Shown in pieces: positions 21,392-31,398 of a DNA stretch of 64,000 nucleotides. Below the pieces are notes generated by a model. The model made no database searches, was not told the DNA's origin, and saw only the letters and a program-made list of their open reading frames with translations. Source of the DNA: Acidimicrobiia bacterium (GTDB lineage Bacteria; Actinomycetota; Acidimicrobiia; Spongiisociales; JAENVV01). The stretch is taken from assembly GCA_041577335.1 (NCBI GenBank), contig JBFGJH010000005.1, forward strand, positions 1 through 64,000, given 5' to 3'. The position numbers were made by a program, and so were the translations under genes. Numbering within the stretch: position 1 is the stretch's first letter; every line of letters starts with the position of its first letter.

Positions 21392-21594
21392 CAGCCGGTC
21401 ACGAATCCGATGACCTTGCTCAGCACGGAACTGAACAGGCTGGAGATGAGCCCATCCGTGCTCATCCAACCGATGAGCACGAGGGCGATGGCGGCGGCAG
21501 CCAGGATCACGAGCACGTATTCAACGGTGCCTTGGCCGGCGTCGCCGCCGGTTTGGCGCAGCCGCTGCCGAGCCTGATCGAGCATTTCGAGCAT
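21391..21594 (-). CDS. flp: Flp-type pilin (DUF4244-like)
   Basis: 67 aa; DAG-QGTVEY (G|xxxxEY) followed by a hydrophobic helix; AGGAG RBS. Confidence 0.88.
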   Translation of the reverse strand: MLEMLDQARQRLRQTGGDAGQGTVEYVLVILAAAAIALVLIGWMSTDGLISSLFSSVLSKVIGFVTG

Positions 21595-21645
21595 TTGCTC
21601 TCCTTCTCTTGTGCTGACGGCCGGCCAGCGGCGGGAGGAAGTAGG

Positions 21646-22287
21646 TCATGGGACCGGCACCACCGGGCCCAGCAGTCGCCGCGCCGAATCGAGTACAGAC
21701 GGGCCAACCGTCAACACCACGAACCCGGGAAGGATCAGAAGCGCGAGGGGAATCGTCAGCTTCACCGGCAGCCTCCGTGCCGCCTCGAGCCCGGAGGCCC
21801 GCTCCTCGTCGCGACGTTCGGTGACAAAGCTCTGCACAGCCGCAGAGATCGATGCACCGGTCACCTGTGCCCGCGCCAGTAGCAGCGTGAGGCGCCCGAG
21901 CCGCCCCTCGTGATTGCGAAGTGCTTCCGCCATGCCAATGTGCGCACCGCTTCTGAGGAGCTCTGCGAGCTCCGCCTGCATCGTTGGCCCCACTCGCTCC
22001 GAGGCCACGCGGAGGGCGGCAGGCAATGGCAATCCGGCCGAGAGCGAGATCAGCAGCATTTGCGCCGTCAATGAGACATCGCCGTCGGCCCGGGCGTCTC
22101 GAACCTTTCGATGCCGATGTTGTCGCAGCAAGACCGCCGCCGCCCATACAGCCCCGCCGAGCACGGTCAGCGGGGCGTCGATGACCAGGCCGGCTCCGCC
22201 TAGAACGACTGCGAAGGGCACGGACGGCCGGTGTTGGCGGATCAACATCAACACCAATGTCACGCCGGCGACCATGGCCACATTCAT
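21646..22287 (-). CDS. tadC: TadC / T2SS-F family membrane protein
   Basis: LSAGLPLPAAL, ARRLPVKLTIPLALLILPGFVVLTVGP. Confidence 0.88.
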   Translation of the reverse strand: MNVAMVAGVTLVLMLIRQHRPSVPFAVVLGGAGLVIDAPLTVLGGAVWAAAVLLRQHRHRKVRDARADGDVSLTAQMLLISLSAGLPLPAALRVASERVGPTMQAELAELLRSGAHIGMAEALRNHEGRLGRLTLLLARAQVTGASISAAVQSFVTERRDEERASGLEAARRLPVKLTIPLALLILPGFVVLTVGPSVLDSARRLLGPVVPVP

Positions 22288-22952
22288 GCGAGGGACCTCC
22301 GCAGCATGTACATCACCGTCCCCGAGCCTGCGGCTACGAGGGACAGCCCGACCGTGATGATTCCGACGCCAACGCCTGATCGGAGGAGAGGACCGAGTCT
22401 CCCCGACGCAAAGCCCAATGCCAGAAACACGATCGGGATGCCTCCGACGATCCACGCCGAGATCCGAGCTTGCGCCGTGGCCGCGCGGCGTTCACGAGCC
22501 AGGTCAGCATCCTCAGATGCAATCTGGGCAAGACTGTCGAAGACGGCGGCGACTCGACCACCCGTGAGCCCGGCAGTGTGGATTGCCGACCCGACGATGA
22601 CTCCGTATCGCGGCAGCCGAGTCTCGAGCGCTTCGGCAATGTCTGCCATCGGTGCGCCGACCCGAGCGAGTCGCACCGGTCCCGCCAAGTCGAGACCGGG
22701 CGTGCGGTCGGCAGCGGACTCGAGGGCAGCGCGGAGGTTGCCGCCTGCTCTCAGCTCCGAGGCTACTGCCTGGAGGTACACCGCTTCCTCGGGCTCGAGC
22801 CGATGCCGGTGCCTCATGCCCACAGCTACGACGCCCACCGCCACCACTCCGGCAGCGAGCGGCTTCGCTATTGCCAGCACCAGCAGCCCCACCTCGACGC
22901 CGCTGACCCGACGGGCGAGCAATCCGCACGCCACCACACCTGTCACGACCAT
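22284..22952 (-). CDS. tadB: TadB / T2SS-F family membrane protein
   Basis: ASELRAGGNLRAAL, AATAQARISAWIV. Confidence 0.85.
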   Translation of the reverse strand: MVVTGVVACGLLARRVSGVEVGLLVLAIAKPLAAGVVAVGVVAVGMRHRHRLEPEEAVYLQAVASELRAGGNLRAALESAADRTPGLDLAGPVRLARVGAPMADIAEALETRLPRYGVIVGSAIHTAGLTGGRVAAVFDSLAQIASEDADLARERRAATAQARISAWIVGGIPIVFLALGFASGRLGPLLRSGVGVGIITVGLSLVAAGSGTVMYMLRRSLA

Positions 22953-24004
22953 GAGGCCACCGTGGTCGTTGCCTCAGAGGAGACGCTCGCCACCTCGGTC
23001 ACGAGCCGTTTCCCGCCGGTCCGAGCGACCTGGACCACCAAATCGATGGCGGAGCGGAGCTGGCGGCGGACCGCGTGCTCGCCCACCCGCGATGACCCAC
23101 TCAACGCCAGCGTCTCAACCCGCCACAACGCCTCGTCAGGGCTATTGGCGTGAACGGTGCTCATGGAGCCTGCGTGACCCGTGTTCAGAGCACCGATCAT
23201 GTCGAGCGCTTCGGGCCCGCGCACCTCGCCGACGATGATGCGGTCGGGACGCAACCGCAGCGCCGATCGAACGAGCTGCTGGAGGGTCACCTCACCCGCT
23301 CCTTCGGAGTTGGCAGGTCGAGCCTCGAGCGCGACAACGTGCCCGCGCATCTGGAGCTCGGCCGCATCCTCGACGGTCACGACCCGGTCGCCGGCATCGA
23401 TCTCGGCCGAAAGAATGTTCAGCAGGGTCGTCTTGCCTGCACCGGTGCCGCCCGATACGAGGATGTTCCGGCGGTCTCGCACGGCCGCGCGCAACAGATC
23501 CCGGATCTCGGATGACACGGAGCCGGAATTGGAAAGCTGATCGAGATCTCGAACGGCCTGAGTGAAACGTCGCACCGCCACGATCGGCCCGCCGACGGTG
23601 ATCGGCGGAACCACTGCGTGGAGCCGGCTCCCGTCCGCCAGGCGTGCGTCGACCATCGGGCTCGAGCGATCGATCCGCAGGCCCAATGGAGCCAGCACCC
23701 GTTCGACCGCAGCGACGACGGCCTCATCGTCGGCGAACGAGATCGACGTTCTGGTCAACGTGCCTTCCCGCTCCACCCACACCTCCCCCGGCCCGTTCAC
23801 GAGCACGTCGGAAACGGCCGGATCTCGCAGCAGCTGTTCGAGCGGGCCCAAACCGACGAGAGCGTCAACAGCGGCCCGCGCCACCTCCGCACCAGCCAGG
23901 GGAGCTTCGTCTCTGGCAATACGCTCTGCGGCCGCCATCAAGGCTTGGCGCTCCAAGGGAATGTCGGCATCGAGCAGTCGGTCGACGATGCGACGCGTGC
24001 TCAC
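22943..24004 (-). CDS. cpaF: Tad pilus assembly ATPase CpaF/TadA
   Basis: GLGPLEQLL.DP.VSDVLVNG, SGGTGAGKTT, EDAAEL, LRLRPDRIIVGEVRG, NTGH.GS..T.HAN. Confidence 0.95.
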   Translation of the reverse strand: MSTRRIVDRLLDADIPLERQALMAAAERIARDEAPLAGAEVARAAVDALVGLGPLEQLLRDPAVSDVLVNGPGEVWVEREGTLTRTSISFADDEAVVAAVERVLAPLGLRIDRSSPMVDARLADGSRLHAVVPPITVGGPIVAVRRFTQAVRDLDQLSNSGSVSSEIRDLLRAAVRDRRNILVSGGTGAGKTTLLNILSAEIDAGDRVVTVEDAAELQMRGHVVALEARPANSEGAGEVTLQQLVRSALRLRPDRIIVGEVRGPEALDMIGALNTGHAGSMSTVHANSPDEALWRVETLALSGSSRVGEHAVRRQLRSAIDLVVQVARTGGKRLVTEVASVSSEATTTVASWS

Positions 24005-24558
24005 CAGGCCATCTCCCAAGCCCGCCGCCACGCTCGCACCCAACGGCTACCCGGCACCGACCTCCCCGACAACAGCCCCACCACGGTCCGCCGGCTCGGC
24101 GAAGGCAACGTGATGGCAGCGCCCGACCCGTCCGACGTTGCCAACCCGGTCGCTTGCGAAACGAACGGCGCAGTCAAAGGCTGTCCGTATTCGTAGGGCA
24201 ATATCGGAACGACCGGGATCACCGGCCAGCGACCGGCCAACCGGCGCGGTTGATTTCGCTCCGAAGGGAGCCTGACCACGAGGTTGGGCCACCCTTCCCC
24301 CAACGCCTCGATGACTTCCAGCGCGTCTGCGAGGTCAACTCCGCCGTTCTGCAATACCGCAATACCGGTCCGTTGTGGGCTCAGCTCGATCCGGCGGGGC
24401 CCCGTGGCGACGAGGTCGGCCAATGACCCTGGCGAGGGGTAGCGGGGGCCGTGACGATCCGCATCGACGACCAGCGCCGTCTCAGAGGCCGCAGCCAGGC
24501 CGAGCGGGGCGAGCGTGGACAGAAGCGAGTCGGCCGCGGTCCAACATGCAACGATCAT
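24001..24558 (-). CDS. Degenerate CpaE/Ssd-like (MinD/ParA-fold) protein
   Basis: First gene of the tad operon; STLA..LA...ALVVDAD and LVVRLP recall MinD/ParA, but the P-loop GKS/T is missing. Confidence 0.6.
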   Translation of the reverse strand: MIVACWTAADSLLSTLAPLGLAAASETALVVDADRHGPRYPSPGSLADLVATGPRRIELSPQRTGIAVLQNGGVDLADALEVIEALGEGWPNLVVRLPSERNQPRRLAGRWPVIPVVPILPYEYGQPLTAPFVSQATGLATSDGSGAAITLPSPSRRTVVGLLSGRSVPGSRWVRAWRRAWEMAW

Positions 24559-24667
24559 GGGCGGAACGTACGGAAAAGACACCCCGTCGCCTAGGCCTTG
24601 CCCCTGCCCAAGTGGTGTCGTATAAGAGAAGGTTCGAGGCAGTCACCGGATCCGCACCGGCGGTCGC

Positions 24668-25498
24668 TCAGTCGCTGACGCGCCGATACAGTCGCACCGC
24701 CAATGGCGCGAAGAGGAGCATCAGCCCAGCGGTCCAAGCCAGGGATTGCACTATCAGAGAGCCTTGGCTCAGGCCGATCTGCGTGACTGCCTGTTCAGGC
24801 AACATCAGCGAGCGCGCTGTGTTGGCAAGGATGGTGATCGGTTGGTTGTCAGCAAACACCTGCAGCCACGACGGCATGGTGCTCGTCGGCACAAACACCG
24901 AGGAGGCGAACACCAATGGGAACAGTGGGAGAAAGCTGGCAACCTGAACCGCCTCGGAGTCCTTGATGGCGAGCCCAAGACAAGCCATCCCCCAAGACAT
25001 CGTGTAGGCAAACGCAAGGACGATCGCCAGGCCCAGCATCATCTTCGGAAAACCCTGTCCAAACCGCCAACCCATCGCGTAACCAACCGCCAACATGAGA
25101 AGGTTGACCCACAGCCCTCGGAAGAGATCGGCATTGGTGCGGCCTGCCAAAACGGCCGAACGAGCAATCGGGAGCGACCTGAACCGATCAATGACACCGG
25201 CACCCAAATCCTCGGTCAGCCCGACCGCCGTCTGGCTGGACCCGAATACCGCCGACTGCACGAGAATCCCCGGGATCAACCAGTCGATGTAACTCCCGGC
25301 GGCTGCGGCGGGTCCCGCATCCGAAACGGCACCACCGAAGACATAGTTGAACAGCACCAGGAACATCACGGGCTGAATGGTTGCGAATACGAGGAGCCGG
25401 GGAAGGCGAATGTTCCGGAGAATGTTTCGTCTCGTGATGATCGAGGTCTGCCTGACGGTGGCCTTCACGCTGGGCCGACGAGATATGGCGGCGGTCAT
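24668..25498 (-). CDS. ABC-2 type exporter permease (DrrB-like)
   Basis: QPVMFLVLFNYVFGGA, G.IDRFRSLPIARSAVL.GR, FASSVFVP..TMP.WLQ. Confidence 0.92.
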   Translation of the reverse strand: MTAAISRRPSVKATVRQTSIITRRNILRNIRLPRLLVFATIQPVMFLVLFNYVFGGAVSDAGPAAAAGSYIDWLIPGILVQSAVFGSSQTAVGLTEDLGAGVIDRFRSLPIARSAVLAGRTNADLFRGLWVNLLMLAVGYAMGWRFGQGFPKMMLGLAIVLAFAYTMSWGMACLGLAIKDSEAVQVASFLPLFPLVFASSVFVPTSTMPSWLQVFADNQPITILANTARSLMLPEQAVTQIGLSQGSLIVQSLAWTAGLMLLFAPLAVRLYRRVSD

Positions 25499-26475
25499 TC
25501 CTTGGTTCTCCTTGCGGGTTCGAGATCAGCGAAGTCACCCTCGGATTCTTCGCTAGCCCTTCCGGTGAGCGAAAGGAACACATCGTCCAAGGTCGGCTTT
25601 CTGAGAGCGATGTCGGTGGGGCGGACCTTCGCCGCATCGAGCTCGCGAACAACCTGAGTGAGCGTATCGACGCCCCTAAGAGCCGGAATGTGAAGCGAGT
25701 TTGAGACAGACTGTGGTTCTTCACCCGCCACGTTACGAAGCACTTCGATCGCCAGGGTACGGTCGGCAGCCTCAACGCTGAGCTCGACCACATCACCGCC
25801 CATGCGGTCCTTGAGCTCGTCGGAGGTGCCCTCGGCAATGAGCCGGCCTTGGTCGATGACCCCGATTCGGTCGGCGAGTCGGTCGGCTTCATCGAGATAT
25901 TGGGTCGTCAACAACAGCGTCGTGCCCTCGGATACGAGGTCTTCGATGATGTCCCACACTTCCAGGCGGCTCCCCGGGTCGATCCCGGTGGTTGGCTCAT
26001 CGAGGAACAGGATCTCGGGGTGCCCGATGATGGCTGCGGCCACATCGAGCCGCCGCTTCATTCCACCGGAGTACGTCTTGACCTGTCGGCTGGCGGCCTC
26101 AGTCAGCCGCATCTTCTCGAGGATGTCGATAGCCCGGCGATGGGTCTCCTCTCCGCTCAGGTTATAGAGGCGTCCCACCATCTCCAGATTCTCGAGGCCC
26201 GTTTGGTAGCCATCGACAGCTGCGAACTGACCCCCAAGGCCGATCTTGTTCCTGACTGCCATCGGTTCGTCGACCACGTTGATTCCCCCCACCACGGCCA
26301 CACCTGAGGTTGGTCGCGATAACGTCGCGAGGATCCTGATCAGAGTCGTCTTACCGGCGCCGTTCGGCCCGAGGAGCCCGTAGACAATCCCCGGCTCGAA
26401 TCGAACCGAGACACCGTCGAGGGCATGAACCTCGCCGAAGTATTTCGTTAGATCCTGGGTTTCCACCGCGTACAA
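25495..26475 (-). CDS. ABC exporter ATP-binding subunit (DrrA-like)
   Basis: GPNGAGKTT, YSGGMKRRLD, LDEPTTG, TTQYLDEAD, PTLDDVFLSLTG. Confidence 0.95.
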   Translation of the reverse strand: MYAVETQDLTKYFGEVHALDGVSVRFEPGIVYGLLGPNGAGKTTLIRILATLSRPTSGVAVVGGINVVDEPMAVRNKIGLGGQFAAVDGYQTGLENLEMVGRLYNLSGEETHRRAIDILEKMRLTEAASRQVKTYSGGMKRRLDVAAAIIGHPEILFLDEPTTGIDPGSRLEVWDIIEDLVSEGTTLLLTTQYLDEADRLADRIGVIDQGRLIAEGTSDELKDRMGGDVVELSVEAADRTLAIEVLRNVAGEEPQSVSNSLHIPALRGVDTLTQVVRELDAAKVRPTDIALRKPTLDDVFLSLTGRASEESEGDFADLEPARRTKE

Positions 26476-26605
26476 CGTGGGGCCTTTCGCCGACCGAACC
26501 GATCATGTTACGACCGATCAACGAAGTCGCTGCTCCCTTCTCGCAGGTCTCACACACCTTCGCGAAGTTCACTGAGCTAATCACGACCAGCAGTAGACTG
26601 TGGCT

Positions 26606-27412
26606 ATGCCTCAATCAGGGCGTGGGGCCGCCTTTTTCGACCTCGACAAGACCATCATCGCCAAGTCTTCGACTCTGGCTTTCGGAAGACCGTTGTACAA
26701 AGCCGGATTCCTGAACCGACGCTCGTTGCTCAAGGTGGGCATCGCCCAGCTCGTCTACATGATGTTCGGCGCCGATCACGATCAGCTCGAGAAAGCTCGC
26801 CAGGAAATGACCAGCCTCACCACAGGGTGGGACCAGCGTGATATCGAAGAGCTGGTAACGGAGACGATGGACGAAATCGTCGCGCCACTCGTCTTCGAAG
26901 AGGCCCTGGCGATCATCGACGAGCACAAGCGGGCCGGCCGCACGGTCGTCATCATCTCGTCGAGCCCGTATGAGGTCGTGAAGCCGCTCGGCGCCTACCT
27001 TAACGTGGACGAGGTCATCGGAACGCGGTCCAAGGTCGGCCCCGACGGGAAGTACACCGGGGAGCTGGAGTTCTATGCATATGCGGAAGGCAAGGCCGAA
27101 GCCATTCGCGCCATGGCCGAACGCGATGGGATCTCCCTCGCCGACTCATATGCGTACAGCGACTCCGTCACCGACCAACCCATGCTCGAAGTGGTCGGCC
27201 ATCCCGTCGTCGTGAATCCCGACAGGGAACTCAAAGAACTTGCCGACGAACGCGATTGGCAGGTGATGTACTTCGCCAGGCCGGTGTCACTCCGCAGCCG
27301 CATCGCCGACCTTCCCCGACCCGATCCCAAAGTCAGCGGCGCGGCACTGGTCGGCGTCGCAGCAGCCGCCATCCTCCTGTGGATGCGCCACACGAGAAAG
27401 CACGTGTCATGA
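26606..27412 (+). CDS. HAD-IB family hydrolase (Rv3661/CicA-like)
   Basis: AAFFDLDKTIIAKSS, YAYSDS.TD.PMLE.VGHP..VNPD, C-terminal TM; ATG 6 nt after TAGACT. Confidence 0.93.
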   Translation: MPQSGRGAAFFDLDKTIIAKSSTLAFGRPLYKAGFLNRRSLLKVGIAQLVYMMFGADHDQLEKARQEMTSLTTGWDQRDIEELVTETMDEIVAPLVFEEALAIIDEHKRAGRTVVIISSSPYEVVKPLGAYLNVDEVIGTRSKVGPDGKYTGELEFYAYAEGKAEAIRAMAERDGISLADSYAYSDSVTDQPMLEVVGHPVVVNPDRELKELADERDWQVMYFARPVSLRSRIADLPRPDPKVSGAALVGVAAAAILLWMRHTRKHVS

Positions 27413-28494
27413 CCGATACTGCCAACCGCACAGCCACTGGAAGGCGAACCTACCCGGGGATCTCACCGACCACCTGGGAGCATCCAACCGATCGGGCCGC
27501 TCTGGCGGCCCTGCGCGCAGTCCCCGGTTTCGACATCGTGCTCAAACGGCTCTTCGCCGTGATCGGCGAGAAGAGCCTCCGCATGTATCACGAAGCCAAC
27601 ACCATCAAGGTCTCGTCACAGCAGTTCGGCAGGCTCCACGAACGATTCCTGGAATGCTGCGAGATCCTCGACGCCGACAAAATCCCCGACCTGTACGTAA
27701 CGCAGTTTCCGCTGCTCAACGCGATGACAATCGGCCTCGACGATCCCTTCATCGTGGTCAACACCACCACCGCCGAGATCCTCGACGACGACGAGCTGCA
27801 TTTTGTCCTCGGCCACGAGCTCGGCCATGCCATGTCGGGCCATGCCCTGTACAAGACGATGCTGGCATTGCTAATGCGCTTGACCCTGTCCGGGATCCCA
27901 CTCACCCGCCTGGTCTTCTTTGGCGTGATCCTGGCGCTGCGCGAATGGGACAGGAAGTCGGAGCTGTCAGCCGATCGGGCTGGACTGCTGTGTATCCAGG
28001 ACCCCGAGACTGCCTACAACACGTTCATGAAGATGGCCGGCGGGACCCGGACCGACGAGATGAATCTCGACGCGTTCCTGGAACAGGCGGCCCAGTTCGA
28101 GCAATCCGATACCTGGTCGGACAGCCTGGTCAAGCTCCTCAATACCCGCTTCATATCCCACCCGTTCTCCGTGACTCGGACGGCTGAGATCATGCGATGG
28201 ATCGACAGTGATGACTACGCAGCGGTGCTGAGAGGCGAGTACCGAGATCGCGACAACGATGATCCCGATTTCCGCCAGGACGTCCGCACCGCGATGGCCG
28301 CCTACCGCGAGCGTATGGCCAAATCAGACGATGCGCTCGCGCAGACCTTGTCCGACTGGACCGAGCGAGCAACAGGCGCCGCCAAGGACATGAAAGGCCG
28401 GATGCGCAAGCCCAACGCCTCCGAAGACCTCGAGGACTACGCCTGGGAGCCCTTCGACGTCGACTTCTTCGAAGAGGACGAACCCGAGGGGTGA
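27409..28494 (+). CDS. M48-family zinc metallopeptidase
   Basis: WEHPTDRAAL, HELGH, ELSADRAG, SHPF...R; ATGA overlap with the HAD gene. Confidence 0.92.
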   Translation: MTDTANRTATGRRTYPGISPTTWEHPTDRAALAALRAVPGFDIVLKRLFAVIGEKSLRMYHEANTIKVSSQQFGRLHERFLECCEILDADKIPDLYVTQFPLLNAMTIGLDDPFIVVNTTTAEILDDDELHFVLGHELGHAMSGHALYKTMLALLMRLTLSGIPLTRLVFFGVILALREWDRKSELSADRAGLLCIQDPETAYNTFMKMAGGTRTDEMNLDAFLEQAAQFEQSDTWSDSLVKLLNTRFISHPFSVTRTAEIMRWIDSDDYAAVLRGEYRDRDNDDPDFRQDVRTAMAAYRERMAKSDDALAQTLSDWTERATGAAKDMKGRMRKPNASEDLEDYAWEPFDVDFFEEDEPEG

Positions 28495-30038
28495 CCGACA
28501 TGGACGAGCCGCAGGCTGGAGCTGTCGGTGTCGTCGTGCATGAGCCCCGCGCAGCGTTTGCGCCATCATTGCCGAGGCCTGCTCCAGAGCACCGGCCGTT
28601 CCTCGCGGTCGTCGGGCTGGCGATCATTCTCGGTCTGTCTGGCTGCTCGTCATCGGACCCGGTGGCTGCCGCCGAAGACGTAGCGTGGGCTAGCGAAGCC
28701 TCAGCCTATTTCGAAGAGCTGTCCGTGGCATACCGCGACCACGACGACTATCGGGTGCTCGATTTCCATACGCCGACAGCCGAGGTCGAGAAGTGGCGAG
28801 GTGATCTGCGGGGCGGGGGCAGAGTATCGGATGTGCTTCGATGGAACTCGGGGGACTTGAGCCAGAACCTCGAAGCCTCCTACCTGAGTGGAGAAGGCGC
28901 ATTGACCCTCGTGACCCTGTCGAGTTCCGACGAGCGCGCTGCGGTGCTCTATCGGATGGACGGTGGCCTCATCACACACGAAATCGTGTTCGATCTGGCT
29001 CAATCGCTCGACCGGAGTCTTCGCAAGGACCCTCTCATCCTCGATGGGTACCAGCGTCTCTACGCCGACTATCAGACAGCATGGTCGAGCCTCGACGTGG
29101 CGGGTCTTTACAAACCCGGCGCCGTCATCGTGGATTCAATTCTCGGCATCGAAGCCTCACCCGAGGTCGTTTCCAATCCCGACAGCCGGCACGGGCGACC
29201 AGCCATTGCGGCCCACCCCGACGGCGCAGTCATCTATCTCGGGCCCAGTGACTACGGGACGGATCCACAGCGCGCGATTGCGGTGTACGAAGTAGCCGAC
29301 GGCGAGGGGTGCTCGCGACTCATGGCAGTGAAATGGGAGCTCGCCGACGGCCTGATCGCCGACGAGGAGCGCTACCACGAGGCCGACTCGATGCGGGAGT
29401 GCGCCACCGAGCCCCTTCCCGAAGGGTGGTGGACCGGGCTCGATCTCCCCATACCGAGCGACGAGGTGGTAACGGGAAGCCTCGATACGCCCGAAGGACA
29501 GACCATCGTGGTTCACAACGGCACCCCGCGCCTGGAGGCGCTGGTCAGCGAGGGGCTGATCCAGTTCGCCTTGAACGGACTCGCCGAGCCTCGGTTCGAC
29601 GCACTGACCTTCGAGCCGACCAGACAGTGCGAATCGCGAACCGGCCGGGTCATCGAAACGAACGGTTTCCGGGAGCTGTTCTTGTGCATCTACGAAAGCG
29701 ACCTATGCCCGCGCGCCGGCCCATGCGACCGCCCGGCACTGACGGCTCGGATGGCGGTCTTGCATGAGCTTGGGCATGCATGGATGATCGATCATGTCGA
29801 TGGGGCAACGCAGGCTCTCTTGCTGGAATCATCCGGCCGGCTCTCATGGAGAGATCCCGACGTATCGTGGGAGCAACGAGGGGTGGAATACGCCGCCGAA
29901 GTCTTGGCGTGGGGACTCGCCCCTGAAGAAGTGACCATGGTGCGCATCGGCTCGCCGCCGTGCGAGGAGATGACAGAGGCCTTCGCCATGCTCACTGCAA
30001 CGACGCCGTCACGGACAGGTGGTGGGTGCACCGGTTGA
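28491..30038 (+). CDS. Hypothetical lipoprotein with NTF2/SnoaL-like segments and a C-terminal HExxH domain
   Basis: Lipobox LSGC; DGGLITHE and DGLIADEERY strands; VLHELGHAW followed by VEYAAE. Confidence 0.65.
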   Translation: MTDMDEPQAGAVGVVVHEPRAAFAPSLPRPAPEHRPFLAVVGLAIILGLSGCSSSDPVAAAEDVAWASEASAYFEELSVAYRDHDDYRVLDFHTPTAEVEKWRGDLRGGGRVSDVLRWNSGDLSQNLEASYLSGEGALTLVTLSSSDERAAVLYRMDGGLITHEIVFDLAQSLDRSLRKDPLILDGYQRLYADYQTAWSSLDVAGLYKPGAVIVDSILGIEASPEVVSNPDSRHGRPAIAAHPDGAVIYLGPSDYGTDPQRAIAVYEVADGEGCSRLMAVKWELADGLIADEERYHEADSMRECATEPLPEGWWTGLDLPIPSDEVVTGSLDTPEGQTIVVHNGTPRLEALVSEGLIQFALNGLAEPRFDALTFEPTRQCESRTGRVIETNGFRELFLCIYESDLCPRAGPCDRPALTARMAVLHELGHAWMIDHVDGATQALLLESSGRLSWRDPDVSWEQRGVEYAAEVLAWGLAPEEVTMVRIGSPPCEEMTEAFAMLTATTPSRTGGGCTG

Positions 30039-30168
30039 TGCCGACCAGGTCGCCCGCCGTAGGCAACTTGTGACCTTGGCCTCTGCCGCCGATACGACGC
30101 CCGTGCATACCCTGATTACCTAGCCGCCCGGTGCCACCGGTCGGGAGCCACCTCGGGAAGGGGTAGTC

Positions 30169-31398
30169 ATGCGACATCGACTGTTTGTTCTGACGCTGTT
30201 CCTTGCGTTGGGGAGCCTGGTGGCCACGGCCGCGGCCGCGGCCCCTGTCACTCCTTTGGGTACGTTCTTGGATGACAATGACAACATCCACGAGCCGAAC
30301 ATCGAAGCGCTCGCCGAGGAAGAGATCACCAAGGGGTGCGGCGTCGACCTGTATTGTCCCGCCGATTCGGTGCGCCGCGACCAAATGGCCTCGTTCCTGG
30401 CCAGAGCACTCAACCTGGCCCCATCCACGATCGACGCATTCGTCGACGACAACGGCAACATCCACGAAGCCAACATCAACGCCCTCGCCGCCGCCGGGAT
30501 CACCACCGGATGCAGCCCAGCCACCAACGAATACTGCCCCGCCGATTCGGTGCGCCGCGACCAAATGGCCTCGTTCCTGGCGAGAGCGTTGGAGCTGACG
30601 CCGCTACCGCCACCATCGGTTGACGAAGCCAACGTCGGCCGAGTCTTCTTCTTCCTCGACCAGCCGGACGGGGGCCCATTCTTGGCCACTGCCGCCCGAT
30701 ACGCAGCCGAAGAGGTGACCCCAGACGGTGCAGTCGACCTGCTGCTCGCCGGCCCGAACGATGGAGAGTTGGCCCAAACGCCCGCCTTCTCATCAGAGAT
30801 ACCGGCCGGGGTAGTCCGCAATGACACGGTGGTTGTCGCCGGCGACACAGCCACGGTGGACCTGTCCGAGAACTTCGACGACGGAGGCGGTACCTTCACC
30901 ATGACTGGTCGGCTCGCCCAGCTGACTTTCACCCTCACGGCTTTCGACTCCATCGACTTCGTGAAGTTGGAGCTCGACGGAGCGCCGGTGACAGTGTTTT
31001 CGTCGGAGGGATTGATCATCCCCGACGAAGGCCTCGACCGAGCCCACTACCTCCCTACGTTGACCGACCCGATAGGTGCCGGCATCGTTGCCGAGCTCAG
31101 CCCGGAGAGCCCGGCATGGTTCGAATTCGTGGAGAGCCCTGTGGAAGTTCGGGGCCTCAGTCGGACATTCGAGGCAACCGTGGAATATGCGCTGTTCGAC
31201 AACGACGGTACGGAGCTGGCGTCGGGCTTTGCCACCACGGGCGGGGGCGGCCCAGAGTTCGGGCCGATGTCCATCGACATCACGTACTCGGTTTCCTACC
31301 CGCAGGTGGGAACGCTCCAGCTGTGGTGGGATCCGCCGATCGACGGTGACCCTGGTTTCGCAGACCTTCGCGAGACCGCGGTGTGGCTCATGCCCTGA
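30169..31398 (+). CDS. Secreted SLH-domain + GerMN + Gmad2-like Ig protein
   Basis: Signal peptide; two SLH repeats (F.DD..NIHE.NI.ALA...IT.GC...YCP...VRRDQMASFLARAL); GerMN (ATVDLS..F..GGG...LAQL.FTLT.F); G...TFEATV. Confidence 0.85.
   Translation: MRHRLFVLTLFLALGSLVATAAAAAPVTPLGTFLDDNDNIHEPNIEALAEEEITKGCGVDLYCPADSVRRDQMASFLARALNLAPSTIDAFVDDNGNIHEANINALAAAGITTGCSPATNEYCPADSVRRDQMASFLARALELTPLPPPSVDEANVGRVFFFLDQPDGGPFLATAARYAAEEVTPDGAVDLLLAGPNDGELAQTPAFSSEIPAGVVRNDTVVVAGDTATVDLSENFDDGGGTFTMTGRLAQLTFTLTAFDSIDFVKLELDGAPVTVFSSEGLIIPDEGLDRAHYLPTLTDPIGAGIVAELSPESPAWFEFVESPVEVRGLSRTFEATVEYALFDNDGTELASGFATTGGGGPEFGPMSIDITYSVSYPQVGTLQLWWDPPIDGDPGFADLRETAVWLMP
30358..30581 (+). repeat. 44-bp perfect direct repeat within the SLH repeats (30358-30401 and 30538-30581)
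   Basis: CCCGCCGATTCGGTGCGCCGCGACCAAATGGCCTCGTTCCTGGC occurs twice, 180 bp apart. Confidence 0.95.

Noticed and set aside
24598..24626. Plus-strand promoter-like TTGCCC-N17-TATAAG pointing antisense into the ABC permease
   Set aside because: The -10 lacks the conserved final T and there is no downstream gene or other support.
27405..27420. Ms1-type RNA expected downstream of the Rv3661-like HAD gene
   Set aside because: The M48 peptidase start overlaps the HAD stop (ATGA), so there is no intergenic space for it here.
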